Shown here piece by piece: positions 22,330 to 32,303 of a stretch of DNA of 64,000 bases (positions are counted from its first letter, which is position 1; each line of letters opens with the position of its first letter). The notes beneath the pieces were generated by a model. That model saw only the letters and a list, made by a program, of their open reading frames with translations. It did not search any database and was not told the origin of the DNA. The stretch is from Candidatus Bathyarchaeota archaeon (GTDB taxonomy: Archaea > Thermoproteota > Bathyarchaeia > Bathyarchaeales > Bathycorpusculaceae). The stretch lies in contig CAVYXJ010000020.1 in assembly GCA_963772455.1 (NCBI GenBank), positions 24,754-88,753 on the forward strand. Reading direction: 5' to 3'. The translations under genes and the position numbers were made by a program.

Positions 22330-23508
22330 TTATTGTAAAATTCCTTTGAAAAATTTATCAATCTTTGGAAAATTATTTTCTAAAGAGAAAACGTCTGGAT
22401 TTTTAAGAGCGTTTTTCCGATAATTAACTAATAAAGACTTATCATATAATTTGTTCTTCAGATCAAGATAATCTTTGTAGGCAAAACCTATCTGATATTC
22501 GTTTATTGTATCTTCACACCCCTGGAGATAACCTTCTGGAAGAATGATCGGAATTCCTGCGAGCAGAGCAGCTGAAAACCTTTGGGGTACGCTATTACGA
22601 TACCTTGCTAAGTCTGAAGACAACCAGAAATTGTATGTAACTAAACATGCATCGAATTGCGTTAAAAAAGTCGTAAAAGTGCCATCTGCAATTTCTTCAT
22701 GACTAAATCGGTTGAATTGATGAATAAAAGCTTCGTTTTTTACCGTACGCCCTTTTCTTTGACGTTCTTGTGCATGTCCATACCAACCTAGTTGGTCTAG
22801 ATTGCACATATGTACGTGAATTTTCATGGAGGCAATTTCTTCAATTTGTGGAAGAATCTCGCGATCGTCAATTCCGATGAAGACTATATGAGGTTGACCG
22901 TCAACTTCCGAGAGAAGAGGTAATCTTTTTTGGTAATATAGCTTTTTAGGGAAACATTCTAAAAAAATCAAATTTTGGCCAAGAGGAATACCAAACGTAC
23001 TTTGCATATAGTTGTACATTACTCGAGTAGGAAATATCCGTCCTTCTAGTTTATTCACTATTCTTTTATTGAAGAAGTTTTCAGTTTTAGAACTGAACCT
23101 ATTGCTGTTGCATGGATATGTCAGAAACTCATAAACAATAGGTTTATGGAATTTTTGCACCTTTCCTATCTCGGGAAGACCGAAAGAGCCCCAGTTTCCA
23201 TAAATTAAATCTATATCCTTTATTTCGTTCTTAATTTGTGAGAGATTATCCCACTTAAAGTCGAAGTTTTTTGTCATGCTGTAAAAAATAGCTTTTCTAT
23301 ACCATTTTAGAGGACCCTTTAAAATAGCTCTAATCTTACTGTTTTCATAAAGATTTTTGACAGGAATGTTTGTCCCAAAAACTCTCTCACGAAACGCCCA
23401 ATCTGAAGTATTTATCACTGTAACTTCATAGCCATGTTCTGACAAGTAAGGTAGAAAAAATTCAACTGCTTGGGTTAATTGACCTAGAAATAATAATTTT
23501 ACAGACAT
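22330..23508 (-). CDS. Divergent GT-B-fold glycosyltransferase-like protein
   Basis: NSVPQRFSAALLAGIPII resembles the GT4 donor-binding motif; ATG of MSVKLLFLG chosen as start. Confidence 0.6.
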   Translation of the reverse strand: MSVKLLFLGQLTQAVEFFLPYLSEHGYEVTVINTSDWAFRERVFGTNIPVKNLYENSKIRAILKGPLKWYRKAIFYSMTKNFDFKWDNLSQIKNEIKDIDLIYGNWGSFGLPEIGKVQKFHKPIVYEFLTYPCNSNRFSSKTENFFNKRIVNKLEGRIFPTRVMYNYMQSTFGIPLGQNLIFLECFPKKLYYQKRLPLLSEVDGQPHIVFIGIDDREILPQIEEIASMKIHVHMCNLDQLGWYGHAQERQRKGRTVKNEAFIHQFNRFSHEEIADGTFTTFLTQFDACLVTYNFWLSSDLARYRNSVPQRFSAALLAGIPIILPEGYLQGCEDTINEYQIGFAYKDYLDLKNKLYDKSLLVNYRKNALKNPDVFSLENNFPKIDKFFKGILQ

Positions 23509-23706
23509 TACAAGCACTCAAATCTATTAAAAAAATCTAAATCTCAAAATTTCTTCGTTATCCGTTTGTGCATTATAAAATTAATTTGCCATAACAAAGT
23601 TGTAAAAGTTTTCAGCATCAGAAATTTTCAGCTTGATATTTTACTTGCAACTTCTTACCTAGAAGTAATCCTTTACCAAATATCATGATCTATTTACGCT
23701 CTAAAG

Positions 23707-24804
23707 TCATTTGGCGATCGCGAAATATATTTTTTCTATCTGATTTGTTATTTTATCCCAATCATAATTATTCCTAATTCGATCAATAGCTTTTTGTTGC
23801 ATTCTATCAACTAATTCTGGATTTTCAATTAAAAACTGAAGCTTTTCCTTCAGATCCCCAGAATCGCCATGCTTGAATAAATAACCTGCATCTCCAACAG
23901 TTTCAATATTTTCTGGAATATCACTCACTAAAACGCATTTCCCTAACGCCATTGCCGTGAGCAAAGCCGGAGAAGTACCTTCGAGCTCAGATGGCGTTAC
24001 ATAAATATATGCGTTTTTAACCAAGTTTTCGTAATCTTTTCCATAAACGTATCCTAAAAACTTTGTATTTTTATTAGCATTTTTCTTTAGAGACCTTTCG
24101 TATTCTTTATCATATGGGTCGCTACCGACAATAACTAACTCAAAATCTGTGTTTATTCTCTTGAATGCCTCAACTAAAAAGTGAACACCCTTCTCATGCA
24201 CTAATCTACCAACAAAAATTATGTATTTTTTATCTTTAAGTTTTTTTATGTTAAGAATACTTTTATCAGGCTCTGATATATCGACGTTAGCTCCATAAGG
24301 AACATAGATTGGAGATCTTCCAAAGTTCTCACCATACCAAGCTTGGACAGACTTAGAATCTACAATTGTAGCATTTGGAAAGTATAGAGCGAATTGAGCG
24401 GTTGAACGGAGAATTTTTCTCACCCATGAAGGGTAACTTAATCTTTTCCAAACTAATCCGTCAAGAGTAAGAACAGATTTAGAGGAAAATATTCTGGGAA
24501 TAGAAGTAAAAGGCCAAGCATCAGAACCAAAAAAATGAACAACATCAAATTTTGTAGGTAATGTATCTAAAGCAGAGATAAATCCGCGAAAAGGAAAATC
24601 TAAAAATTTATTTTTTAGACAAGGGACATATTTCAATTGAACGTTTTTGTAGGATTTCTCCTGTGGTTTTTGATTTCTGTAACCACAATAAACAGTTACT
24701 TCATGCCCTTTATCAGCAAGCCGTGTAGCAACTTCTTCTACGCATGTCTCAAAACCACCGTAATTGGCAGGTATGCCCATAGTACCTACATAAGCAATTT
24801 TCAT
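23707..24804 (-). CDS. Glycosyltransferase family 4 (DUF1972-type N-terminus)
   Basis: GTMGIPANYGGFET, FVGRLVHEKG, EGTSPALLTAM. Confidence 0.92.
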   Translation of the reverse strand: MKIAYVGTMGIPANYGGFETCVEEVATRLADKGHEVTVYCGYRNQKPQEKSYKNVQLKYVPCLKNKFLDFPFRGFISALDTLPTKFDVVHFFGSDAWPFTSIPRIFSSKSVLTLDGLVWKRLSYPSWVRKILRSTAQFALYFPNATIVDSKSVQAWYGENFGRSPIYVPYGANVDISEPDKSILNIKKLKDKKYIIFVGRLVHEKGVHFLVEAFKRINTDFELVIVGSDPYDKEYERSLKKNANKNTKFLGYVYGKDYENLVKNAYIYVTPSELEGTSPALLTAMALGKCVLVSDIPENIETVGDAGYLFKHGDSGDLKEKLQFLIENPELVDRMQQKAIDRIRNNYDWDKITNQIEKIYFAIAK

Positions 24805-24954
24805 AAAATCAACATCAAAAAAATTTTGTTTAAGACTAATTATAAAAATAACGTTATTTTTCTTGACCAGTCAATTGTTGATAAACGAGAAGTGTTTTTT
24901 TTAAATATAACACTGAACCCTATTAATGTAAATTAACTAATTACAATTAGTTTT

Positions 24955-25837
24955 TCATGCACGTTTCCAAAAGGTGTTAATGTATTCTTTCAAAGCTTCT
25001 TCCCAATGTCTAGTTGAATCTAACCCAAGTAGTTCGAGCTTGTAATTCCTTGACATTTCTGATCTAGCTCTTGCAGCGGGCAAAGGAAAATACGCTGAAC
25101 TAACCGGTTCTACAGTCACATCTGCACCCATGAATTCAACAATTTTTTTTGCCACATCAAACCTTGATCCAATACCTTTGTTAGTACAATGATAAAGTCC
25201 ATAAAACCCAGTTTGTGTCAAATCAATCAAACATTTAGAAAAGTCATAAACATACGTTGGACTGCCGATTTTATCATTAACCGCTTTTAGTTTTTTTGTG
25301 TCAGATATTTGTTTGATGATTTTTCCGATGAACTTTTTGTCTTTTTCTGGTCCACCGCCCACCATCCAACCTGCACGAATAATGTAGAATCTTTTTAATA
25401 GATTCTGAACAATTTTTTCGCCTTCAAGTTTGCTGCGGCCATAAACATTAATCGGATTTGGTTCATCAAATTCAGTGTAAGGTTCTGGTTTGTCACCGTA
25501 AAATACACCTAAAGTACTAATGTATACCATGTCTATGTTCAACTTTTGACAGACTAAGGCAACATTCTGTGTTCCTATAGTGTTTGTCATAAAGGCATGG
25601 TCAGGTTCGACTTCACATTTATCAACGTCGGTTTCTGCTGCTAAATGCATTACAATATCGGGTTTAATTTTTTCCACCATGTCGTTTACTTGATTGAAAT
25701 TACGTACATCCATGTATTTGGTTTCGTTATTTGAAGGTGTAAGATCTGTTGCTATTACATTGTAATTTCTCTTTTTAAGCGCAGGACATAATGCGCTACC
25801 TAGGCATTCCATCTGAACCTGTTACAAGCACTATCAT
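24955..25837 (-). CDS. rmlD: dTDP-4-dehydrorhamnose reductase; one frameshift near 25800
   Basis: MIVLVTGSDGM/LGS restored across a +1 insertion; AAETDVD.CE, YGRSK, IGSPTY. Confidence 0.88.
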
Positions 25838-26063
25838 TTCAAGTCATCCTATGGTTGAAATCTATTCTCTTAACTATCTTGATGCTATATTTAAACCGTT
25901 TAGAATTGAAATAAAGATGACTTGTCAGTATTGGGGATACTCAAATCTACCATTAAAAATATAATTTTAGCTGTGTCAGACCTTAAATAATCTTGAAATC
26001 CAAAAAACTTCTCCAGCTTCTATAACCGCTGAAATCAAGACATCAAAGTCATTGGAAAAAAAT

Positions 26064-26663
26064 TTATTGGATCATATTCAAAACTAAATTTACATATCTA
26101 TTATGATATTGTGAAGCACCAATAGTAGAATTGTAGATCCAAAGTTCAACAAGAAGACTATAATAATAACCTGTTTTGTCTGAGTTCCATTCTGATTCTT
26201 TGATCGTTGAATAATTTACTCCATTAATAGTTATACTAGATAAGCGAGAAAAGCCGTTAGTAGCAATAAAGTCATTTACCTGGAACGTTATCTTTTGTTC
26301 CCATTTTTCGCCGCTCGCGATAAATAAATTGGTTTCGTACAATTTAGGAATGGAGCTTGAAGTTCCTAGAGTTGCATTAGGGAGAGAATCAGTTACGTTT
26401 CGAATCTTAACAACACATGTATAATACGAAGAGGAACCCATCTCGTTGAGAACACCTAAATAAACAGAATATACAACCCCACTTTTGATGTTAAACGGAA
26501 CATCTTTCAAAACGTGATTGGGTCCAAGGACATAGATACCCGAAAATTGCTCCCCTACAGGAGGATTAACCAAAATAGCAATTGTTGGAGAAGCAAACAA
26601 TAAGACACCTATCAAACCAATTGCTACAAAGATAATCCGTAAATTATCAAGTTGTATTCTCAA
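26064..26663 (-). CDS. DUF1616-like membrane-anchored protein
   Basis: N-terminal TM then EQFSGIYVLG..PFNI..GVLNEMG, typical of archaeal glycosylation loci. Confidence 0.7.
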   Translation of the reverse strand: MRIQLDNLRIIFVAIGLIGVLLFASPTIAILVNPPVGEQFSGIYVLGPNHVLKDVPFNIKSGVVYSVYLGVLNEMGSSSYYTCVVKIRNVTDSLPNATLGTSSSIPKLYETNLFIASGEKWEQKITFQVNDFIATNGFSRLSSITINGVNYSTIKESEWNSDKTGYYYSLLVELWIYNSTIGASQYHNRYVNLVLNMIQ

Positions 26664-27159
26664 TCACCTTAGGCTTCATATGAAGTTGTTTTCTCAAATG
26701 AGCATGCTTAAGTTTGCGCCAAACAAAAAACAATAATATCCCGAATATTATTGAGCCAGCAATGCTAAAAATTAGAGTAAAAAATACATTAATCTGTGAG
26801 TTACTTAGGCTTTCATTTCGCAGAATAACAGCGTCAGCATTAACCTGATCTGCTATCTGATGAACATTTTTCAAAATCGATGTAACGTTTTCTAAATTAC
26901 CACTATTGTATTTGTTTTGAGCTTCGGATAAAAATTCGCCTGCAATATTTAGTTTTACTAAGAGTTCGCTGATGTCTGCACCAGCTTTTTCAGCATTTAA
27001 AACAGAGTTGAAAGCTTGTTTCAGTGCATCATTAGTTGTCTGAAAATTCAATATGGTCTGATCGGTTTGAGCGAAAACAAAACGTTCATCATTAAAAAAA
27101 GATCCTAAAAAAACAAATACAAATAATGTTAAAACAAGATATCTGGAAATAAACCTTAT
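26647..27159 (-). CDS. Single-pass membrane protein with helical ectodomain
   Basis: AEKAGADIS helical domain, C-terminal TM with basic tail; frame extends through a signal peptide to ATA 27159 after AGGAGG. Confidence 0.7.
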   Translation of the reverse strand: MRFISRYLVLTLFVFVFLGSFFNDERFVFAQTDQTILNFQTTNDALKQAFNSVLNAEKAGADISELLVKLNIAGEFLSEAQNKYNSGNLENVTSILKNVHQIADQVNADAVILRNESLSNSQINVFFTLIFSIAGSIIFGILLFFVWRKLKHAHLRKQLHMKPKVIENTT

Positions 27160-27211
27160 TTTTTGAAGCCTCCTAGATCAACAGTTAAAATTTATTTTAT
27201 AAAAAATGGCT

Positions 27212-27931
27212 TTAGTATGTTGTTTCTAATATTATTCGTTTTAGAATTTCGGCGCCGTTCTTGATCCCTAATTTTTTTTCGCCTAATCTTTCGCGATATT
27301 TAATTGGAACCTCCACAGTGCTAAATCCTTCCCGTTCGACATGTTGATTAAGCTCTACTTCTATATCAAAACCCTTTGATTTTACTTTCCAGTTTTTGAT
27401 AATTTTCGCACGAACTACTCGTAACCCAGTGAGAGGATCGGCTAATGTGATTCCATTTAGTAGGTTGTGTGTAAAGGCTATGAGACGGTTTCCCAGGTAA
27501 AAAACGGTGTTAAGCGATTTCATATCTTCGTAACCGTTGAATCGGTTACCACAGACCATGCCCACATCGGGGTTTCTGTCTAAAATCTTGATCATCTCAG
27601 GAAGATATTGGGCTGGGTATGTGTAGTCAGCATCTGTTAGAACTATGTAATCAACTGTTGAATCAATATGTTCAATAGCCTTGGCGATTGCGTCGCCCTT
27701 TCCTAAGCCATCCTGCAAAGCAATTTCTGCACCCAAATTTTTAGCTATCTCTAAAGTTCTATCCGTGCTTCTTCCATCAACAACCAGAACACGTGGACAC
27801 CCAAGGGTATCTATAAGTTCCGTAATTGTGAGACCTATACCTTCTTCCTCGTTTAACGCAGCTATGATTACCTGCGTTGAGAAGATATCCTGTTTTTCAG
27901 CTTTGGCCAAACAATCAGCACGCCTTTGCAA
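27212..27931 (-). CDS. Dolichol-phosphate hexosyltransferase-like GT2 (DPM1/AglJ-like)
   Basis: ALNEEEGI, VDGRSTD, GKG, DADYTY, GFDIEVEL, R.GEKKL. Confidence 0.88.
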   Translation of the reverse strand: MQRRADCLAKAEKQDIFSTQVIIAALNEEEGIGLTITELIDTLGCPRVLVVDGRSTDRTLEIAKNLGAEIALQDGLGKGDAIAKAIEHIDSTVDYIVLTDADYTYPAQYLPEMIKILDRNPDVGMVCGNRFNGYEDMKSLNTVFYLGNRLIAFTHNLLNGITLADPLTGLRVVRAKIIKNWKVKSKGFDIEVELNQHVEREGFSTVEVPIKYRERLGEKKLGIKNGAEILKRIILETTY

Positions 27932-27951
27932 TATACCTTGATGATAAAGTC

Positions 27952-27987
27952 TTATTTAAGACGATATACAAAAAAATGGAATATGTC
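27952..27987 (-). promoter_or_regulatory. TATA-like box CTTAAATA with upstream GACATATT element
   Basis: Same spacing as at 30742-30776 and 31964-31997. Confidence 0.5.
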
Positions 27988-28072
27988 ATCAAAATCAACT
28001 CTAATTATTAAATAGATATTTTGAATTTTTTGGGTTAATCTAATTCTAAGCCAAGAGTCGGGTCAAAATAAT

Positions 28073-28216
28073 TTAATTTTGGTGAATTATCATTATAGTT
28101 TTTGGTTTGATTGCTTGTTTTTTGGATCCGACTAAGTATGTGCCCCAACCAATAACCCATAAAAGAACAGCAATTGGCATGACAATGTATGATATGGTTT
28201 TGTTATGTCTTGGCAT
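28073..28216 (-). CDS. Small membrane protein, 47 aa (MPRHNKTISYIVMPIAVLLWVIGWGTYLVGSKK...), below the ORF-track cutoff
   Basis: ATG about 30 nt downstream of TATA-like CTTAATAA; one TM helix. Confidence 0.55.
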   Translation of the reverse strand: MPRHNKTISYIVMPIAVLLWVIGWGTYLVGSKKQAIKPKTIMIIHQN

Positions 28217-28639
28217 ATTCAATCTAAAATACTGAGAAAGTTATTAAGAATGTTATTACAAGTGCATTTAAATTATAAATTCATAATATTTCAGTATTTA
28301 GTTATTTGTGTAAATTTTTTTAAATCAAGAAATTTAAATTTGAAGCTAATAATATAGCAAAATGCATCAAAAAAAGCAATTTTTAACATGCAAAGATAGG
28401 GCTTGAATTTTAAAAACTTAAAGTCACCACTGTAAAATCCCTTCCTGACAGAAGTGGAAAAATCTAGAAAGTCAGCTAATTGAAAATCTTTCATTCATGC
28501 TCCTAGGATAGTCATCACTTTTTGGATGAACCATCTTTTAAGTTTTGTGCATCATAGGATCTGGAAACTTGGAAACAAACAAGTGATAATATTCGCAGGT
28601 TTACCAATTTCATTAACTTAGAGTGATTTCCGAATTTTG

Positions 28640-29776
28640 TTATTGATCGTTTATTTGAAGCCATTGTCTTCTCAAAAACTGTGGAGTTGGTATTGCCCAA
28701 TTCGTTTGTTTTTTTATCCCGCTAAATATGGTATTGAATTTATTTACTGTGAACGTTTGGATATTTTTAGGGCTTGATAAGACAATGGGGGCATTCAAAG
28801 CTTGTGCGCCAAATCTCTTTTTGAAAGTCTTTACACCATCAAGTCCAGCGCTTGGATTAAAATCAAACCAAGTATACCCTTTTTCGCATGCATGCTTGAT
28901 AAGTTCGTAATATAGGAGGTTTGTCGGTCTAAGATTTAAGAAGTTTTCTAAAGATGCACCACTCCAAGCAACAAAATGTTTTTCAGAATGGAAACAAAGT
29001 GACCCCGAAATAACTTTATCTTGATAAGTGGCTAACCAGAGTTCGATATTAGGTGAATTCCTCAGGAAGATTTCGTGGAAAAGCTCCCAAGAATATTTTT
29101 CGCTTACTAACTGTTTTCCCCATCTGGTAACAGAGGCTTCATAGAGTTTATAATAGTCCAGCCAATCTTCAATTGAATTTGAGATTCTAACTGATACTCC
29201 ATTTCGACTTGCATTTCTTACAGCCCTTTTATTCGAGTTAGACATGTTGGGCACAATTACATCAAATCCTTTTTCCAAATTGATTGCATGGGTCTCATCT
29301 TCAGAGCTGATTCTTATGTTGGATTTTGAGAGTGTATCATCGTAAGGATTTAATCTCCAAGATAGAGGACCAAATTTCTCAATTATCAGATTTGAAAGTA
29401 AAATTGAATGATTAATATCTAGATTATTAGCTGAAATCCAGCCGCCGTAAGTATACTCAGGAGACGAAATATAAAATTTTCTTACGCCCATTAAATTTGT
29501 AGCTAAGCTGTCTTTAGTTAAACAAGAAAAAGGCAGCAAAGCCCTTTTACCATCAGAGAACAAAACAAGAAAAGGTGTTGGTGACATTCTTCCTTTAGTG
29601 TATTTGCTCCATATTTCAGCCCATTCCCTAGAATGAAAATATGTGGAAAAATGACATTCTTTCCAAATTTTGTCCCATTCAGATATGGAAGCAATACGAA
29701 CATTTGTTATTGAAATGTTTTTTTGAACTAATTGTTTGGGTTCAACATGTAACTCAATTTGGGGGTTTGCCAACAT
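28640..29776 (-). CDS. FemAB-like/GNAT (Acetyltransf_6) acyl- or aminoacyl-transferase
   Basis: TYFHSREW, YGGWI, RAVRNA..GV, PTNLLY, FDF...GVKTFKKRFGA. Confidence 0.82.
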   Translation of the reverse strand: MLANPQIELHVEPKQLVQKNISITNVRIASISEWDKIWKECHFSTYFHSREWAEIWSKYTKGRMSPTPFLVLFSDGKRALLPFSCLTKDSLATNLMGVRKFYISSPEYTYGGWISANNLDINHSILLSNLIIEKFGPLSWRLNPYDDTLSKSNIRISSEDETHAINLEKGFDVIVPNMSNSNKRAVRNASRNGVSVRISNSIEDWLDYYKLYEASVTRWGKQLVSEKYSWELFHEIFLRNSPNIELWLATYQDKVISGSLCFHSEKHFVAWSGASLENFLNLRPTNLLYYELIKHACEKGYTWFDFNPSAGLDGVKTFKKRFGAQALNAPIVLSSPKNIQTFTVNKFNTIFSGIKKQTNWAIPTPQFLRRQWLQINDQ

Positions 29777-30250
29777 TATTAAATCACCTTAAGAAATTTT
29801 GAAACCTTTTCTGAAACCCATTTGATAAGTTATTGCGAATTGAAAAAGGTAAAAACTGAATTTTTAATGTTTTAGTCGGAGGATTGACTAAATTACGTTT
29901 CACCCTAAAGTAATGAGACCAATTAATTACTTTTCTTTCCATTTAACTCATCCTTTGAAACAATATTGTTTCTTAATAAATCGGTTATTCCAATGAGAAT
30001 CATATATCAAAAATCGTTACATTAACGCTGAAGCATAATTCACCCTAAATCTGACTTTTTGCCTTACTCAAACCTGCATTTTAACTAAACTTTTAGTTTT
30101 TTCCGTGTTTAAAAATTGCAGATCAGCGTTTTATTTTGGGTTTAGAAGACATTTGGTGTTTTGCCGTTTTTATCACACCACCCCCTTGTGAAAACTAATT
30201 AGCGCATTTGGTCAAGAAAACGAAATAATAAAAATGAGATTGATGATTTA

Positions 30251-30706
30251 TTATGCTGTGGTTCCTGAGATTAGTATTTGTACGCTGAAATTTGTTATGT
30301 CAACTATGCTTGATGAAGATGTCAATGTTATGATTGCTGTGGTTGATTGTCCTGGTGAAAGTCTTGTGCCTTCTTTATCCCAGCTTATTGTTATAGGTCC
30401 ATTTGCATTAGTTGGTGTCCAATTGCTTGTTGAAAGGCTCAATGTTAATGATGTGCCAGATCCTGTGTTTTTGACATAGACTGTTTTAGTTATGTTGTTG
30501 CCTGCTGTTAATGCTCCCCAATCAAGTGATGCAAGACCTGTAGTGCAGCTGCTGTCAGAGTATAGGCCTAAGTTTGGTGTTACATTGATTGAGCCGTTGG
30601 TGACTAGACTTTTGTTGACAGAGATTGCTCCGTAGGTTGTGGCGGATAAGGCTATGGCTACAAGTGTTAGGGCGAATACTGATATTGGGATTTTGCGTTT
30701 GGACAT
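30251..30706 (-). CDS. Small secreted beta-rich protein, possible filament subunit
   Basis: Signal peptide, LDWG.L..G, VYVKNTG, LSPGQS Ig-like pattern. Confidence 0.7.
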   Translation of the reverse strand: MSKRKIPISVFALTLVAIALSATTYGAISVNKSLVTNGSINVTPNLGLYSDSSCTTGLASLDWGALTAGNNITKTVYVKNTGSGTSLTLSLSTSNWTPTNANGPITISWDKEGTRLSPGQSTTAIITLTSSSSIVDITNFSVQILISGTTA

Positions 30707-30865
30707 TTTGTTGTTCTCAAAAACAAATTGTATATTATGTCTTAATAAACATTATTAGAAGTCATTATAATATGACTGCAGAACAACACATATACATATT
30801 AAAATTAAAAAACATGAATAAAACAAATATAACAAAAGAAAAACGTCAAAATTGATAAGAAAAAA

Positions 30866-31015
30866 CTACTTCTTTAGCATAAGATCTCTTCGCCTTTCTT
30901 CACAGCGTTTTATCCTTTCGTCAAGTCGCCTGTTGCGTTCTTTTGTCTCAACCCCAGATAATGAAGCTACCGCAAGAATAGAGATACTTCGGTTAATTTT
31001 CTTGAGTAAATTCAT
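30866..31015 (-). CDS. Small basic protein, 49 aa (MNLLKKINRS...RRRDLMLKK)
   Basis: GTGAGG ribosome-binding site and TTTAAA box upstream, T-tract downstream. Confidence 0.5.
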   Translation of the reverse strand: MNLLKKINRSISILAVASLSGVETKERNRRLDERIKRCEERRRDLMLKK

Positions 31016-31360
31016 GTTCCAATTCCTCACTATGATATATTACGATTCCATGCTTTTAAACTGAGTTTCAAAAAACAAAATATATCAAAACACGACATAT
31101 GTCCAAAAAAAGCCTCAACCTACATTTTTAAAAGACTAATGCAATATTCAGAATTTCTTTTTATATCTTAAGTAAATTAGACATTAATATGAAACGAGTT
31201 CTGATTTCTGGTTCAGGAATAGTTTAGCTCTTTTTTGGTGGGGCGAACTGCAAATGGGTTTAAAGGCAAAAGTCATGTAATTTAGCTAAAATTTAATTTA
31301 TTTAAGATTCTTATCTCAAACTTGAACGATTTCACTTCTATAGTCAGTGATAAAAAAAAA

Positions 31361-31942
31361 TTATTTTTGGAGGTTTAAGGAGCCTTCTATAACATTTCCT
31401 TCAACAATGCCAATTTGCTTAGACAACCAGGTTTTAACGATTATGGCGAAGTTTGGAAGAATCCCTGAAAAAAGAATCAATTGATTTCCTTTAAGGGCTT
31501 CAACCTGGAAGACTTTCTCAGTCTCTTTGAAGCTAAAAGAAAGTGTTTGTGCATTCATGGCTAAAGATTGAAAGTCTTTCCATTGTTTGCAATGCAAAGT
31601 CACCAAAGGTCCACTTTGAACCATTGCAACTGTTGCTAAAGTTGCTGCCTCTGTTTGAAGGTCAGGTTTTTTTGATGCAGTCGAAAATGAGTTGGGTGAA
31701 TTTGACAAGATTCCAATTAGGTTCGTTATTTCTTTTTGCAGGCTATCTATTTTTTCTTCAACTTTTTCTACTCTGCCATTTAATACATCTATATTTCCCA
31801 TTTGTTCAGTTACTGATGCAAACTCGCTAATCGATTTGTCAAGATTTTGTTCATGTTCTTTTAGAACATTAATTATGAAATCTAAAGCCTCAAAAGATTT
31901 ATCTTTCGAACCTGGGTTTGCTGCCATTTCTTCCATTTCCAA
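31361..31942 (-). CDS. Hypothetical protein with N-terminal coiled coil and small C-terminal alpha/beta domain
   Basis: EALDFIINVLKEHE coiled coil; GAGG ribosome-binding site; T-tract downstream. Confidence 0.7.
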   Translation of the reverse strand: MEMEEMAANPGSKDKSFEALDFIINVLKEHEQNLDKSISEFASVTEQMGNIDVLNGRVEKVEEKIDSLQKEITNLIGILSNSPNSFSTASKKPDLQTEAATLATVAMVQSGPLVTLHCKQWKDFQSLAMNAQTLSFSFKETEKVFQVEALKGNQLILFSGILPNFAIIVKTWLSKQIGIVEGNVIEGSLNLQK

Positions 31943-31979
31943 GCAACCTCATCCTTTTTTGGCTTCTTAAGGCATATTT

Positions 31980-32303
31980 CTATAACTGAAATATGTCGAT
32001 AAACACAACCTTGAAAACTTTGAAAAATGAAAGTGAAAATGTTGTTGAGGATGAGATCTGGAACAGGTTTGCGTTGATTGCCCTGAGAGGTATGTTTAGA
32101 AAAGTTGTTTGGTTTGTTTGAAAATTTTTTATGAAAAAAGTAAGAGATCGGAGTGGGCTTTGTGTGAAGTTTGTTTTGGGAAGAATGTGTGATTTGTTTG
32201 GTGTTGTATGATCCATATTAGTAAGTATTGTGACTTCATAAATCATATAAATTTGTTTTGGCTTTGTTTGAGCAGTTAAGGTTGGCCGTGATTGGTGTTT
32301 CAT
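31980..32303 (-). CDS. Hypothetical protein
   Basis: GGGAGG ribosome-binding site before ATG; no recognisable motif. Confidence 0.4.
   Translation of the reverse strand: MKHQSRPTLTAQTKPKQIYMIYEVTILTNMDHTTPNKSHILPKTNFTQSPLRSLTFFIKNFQTNQTTFLNIPLRAINANLFQISSSTTFSLSFFKVFKVVFIDIFQL

Noticed and set aside
25790-25837. Programmed frameshift in rmlD and other split genes
   Set aside because: No slippery heptamer or shared signal; single-base insertions are better explained by sequencing error
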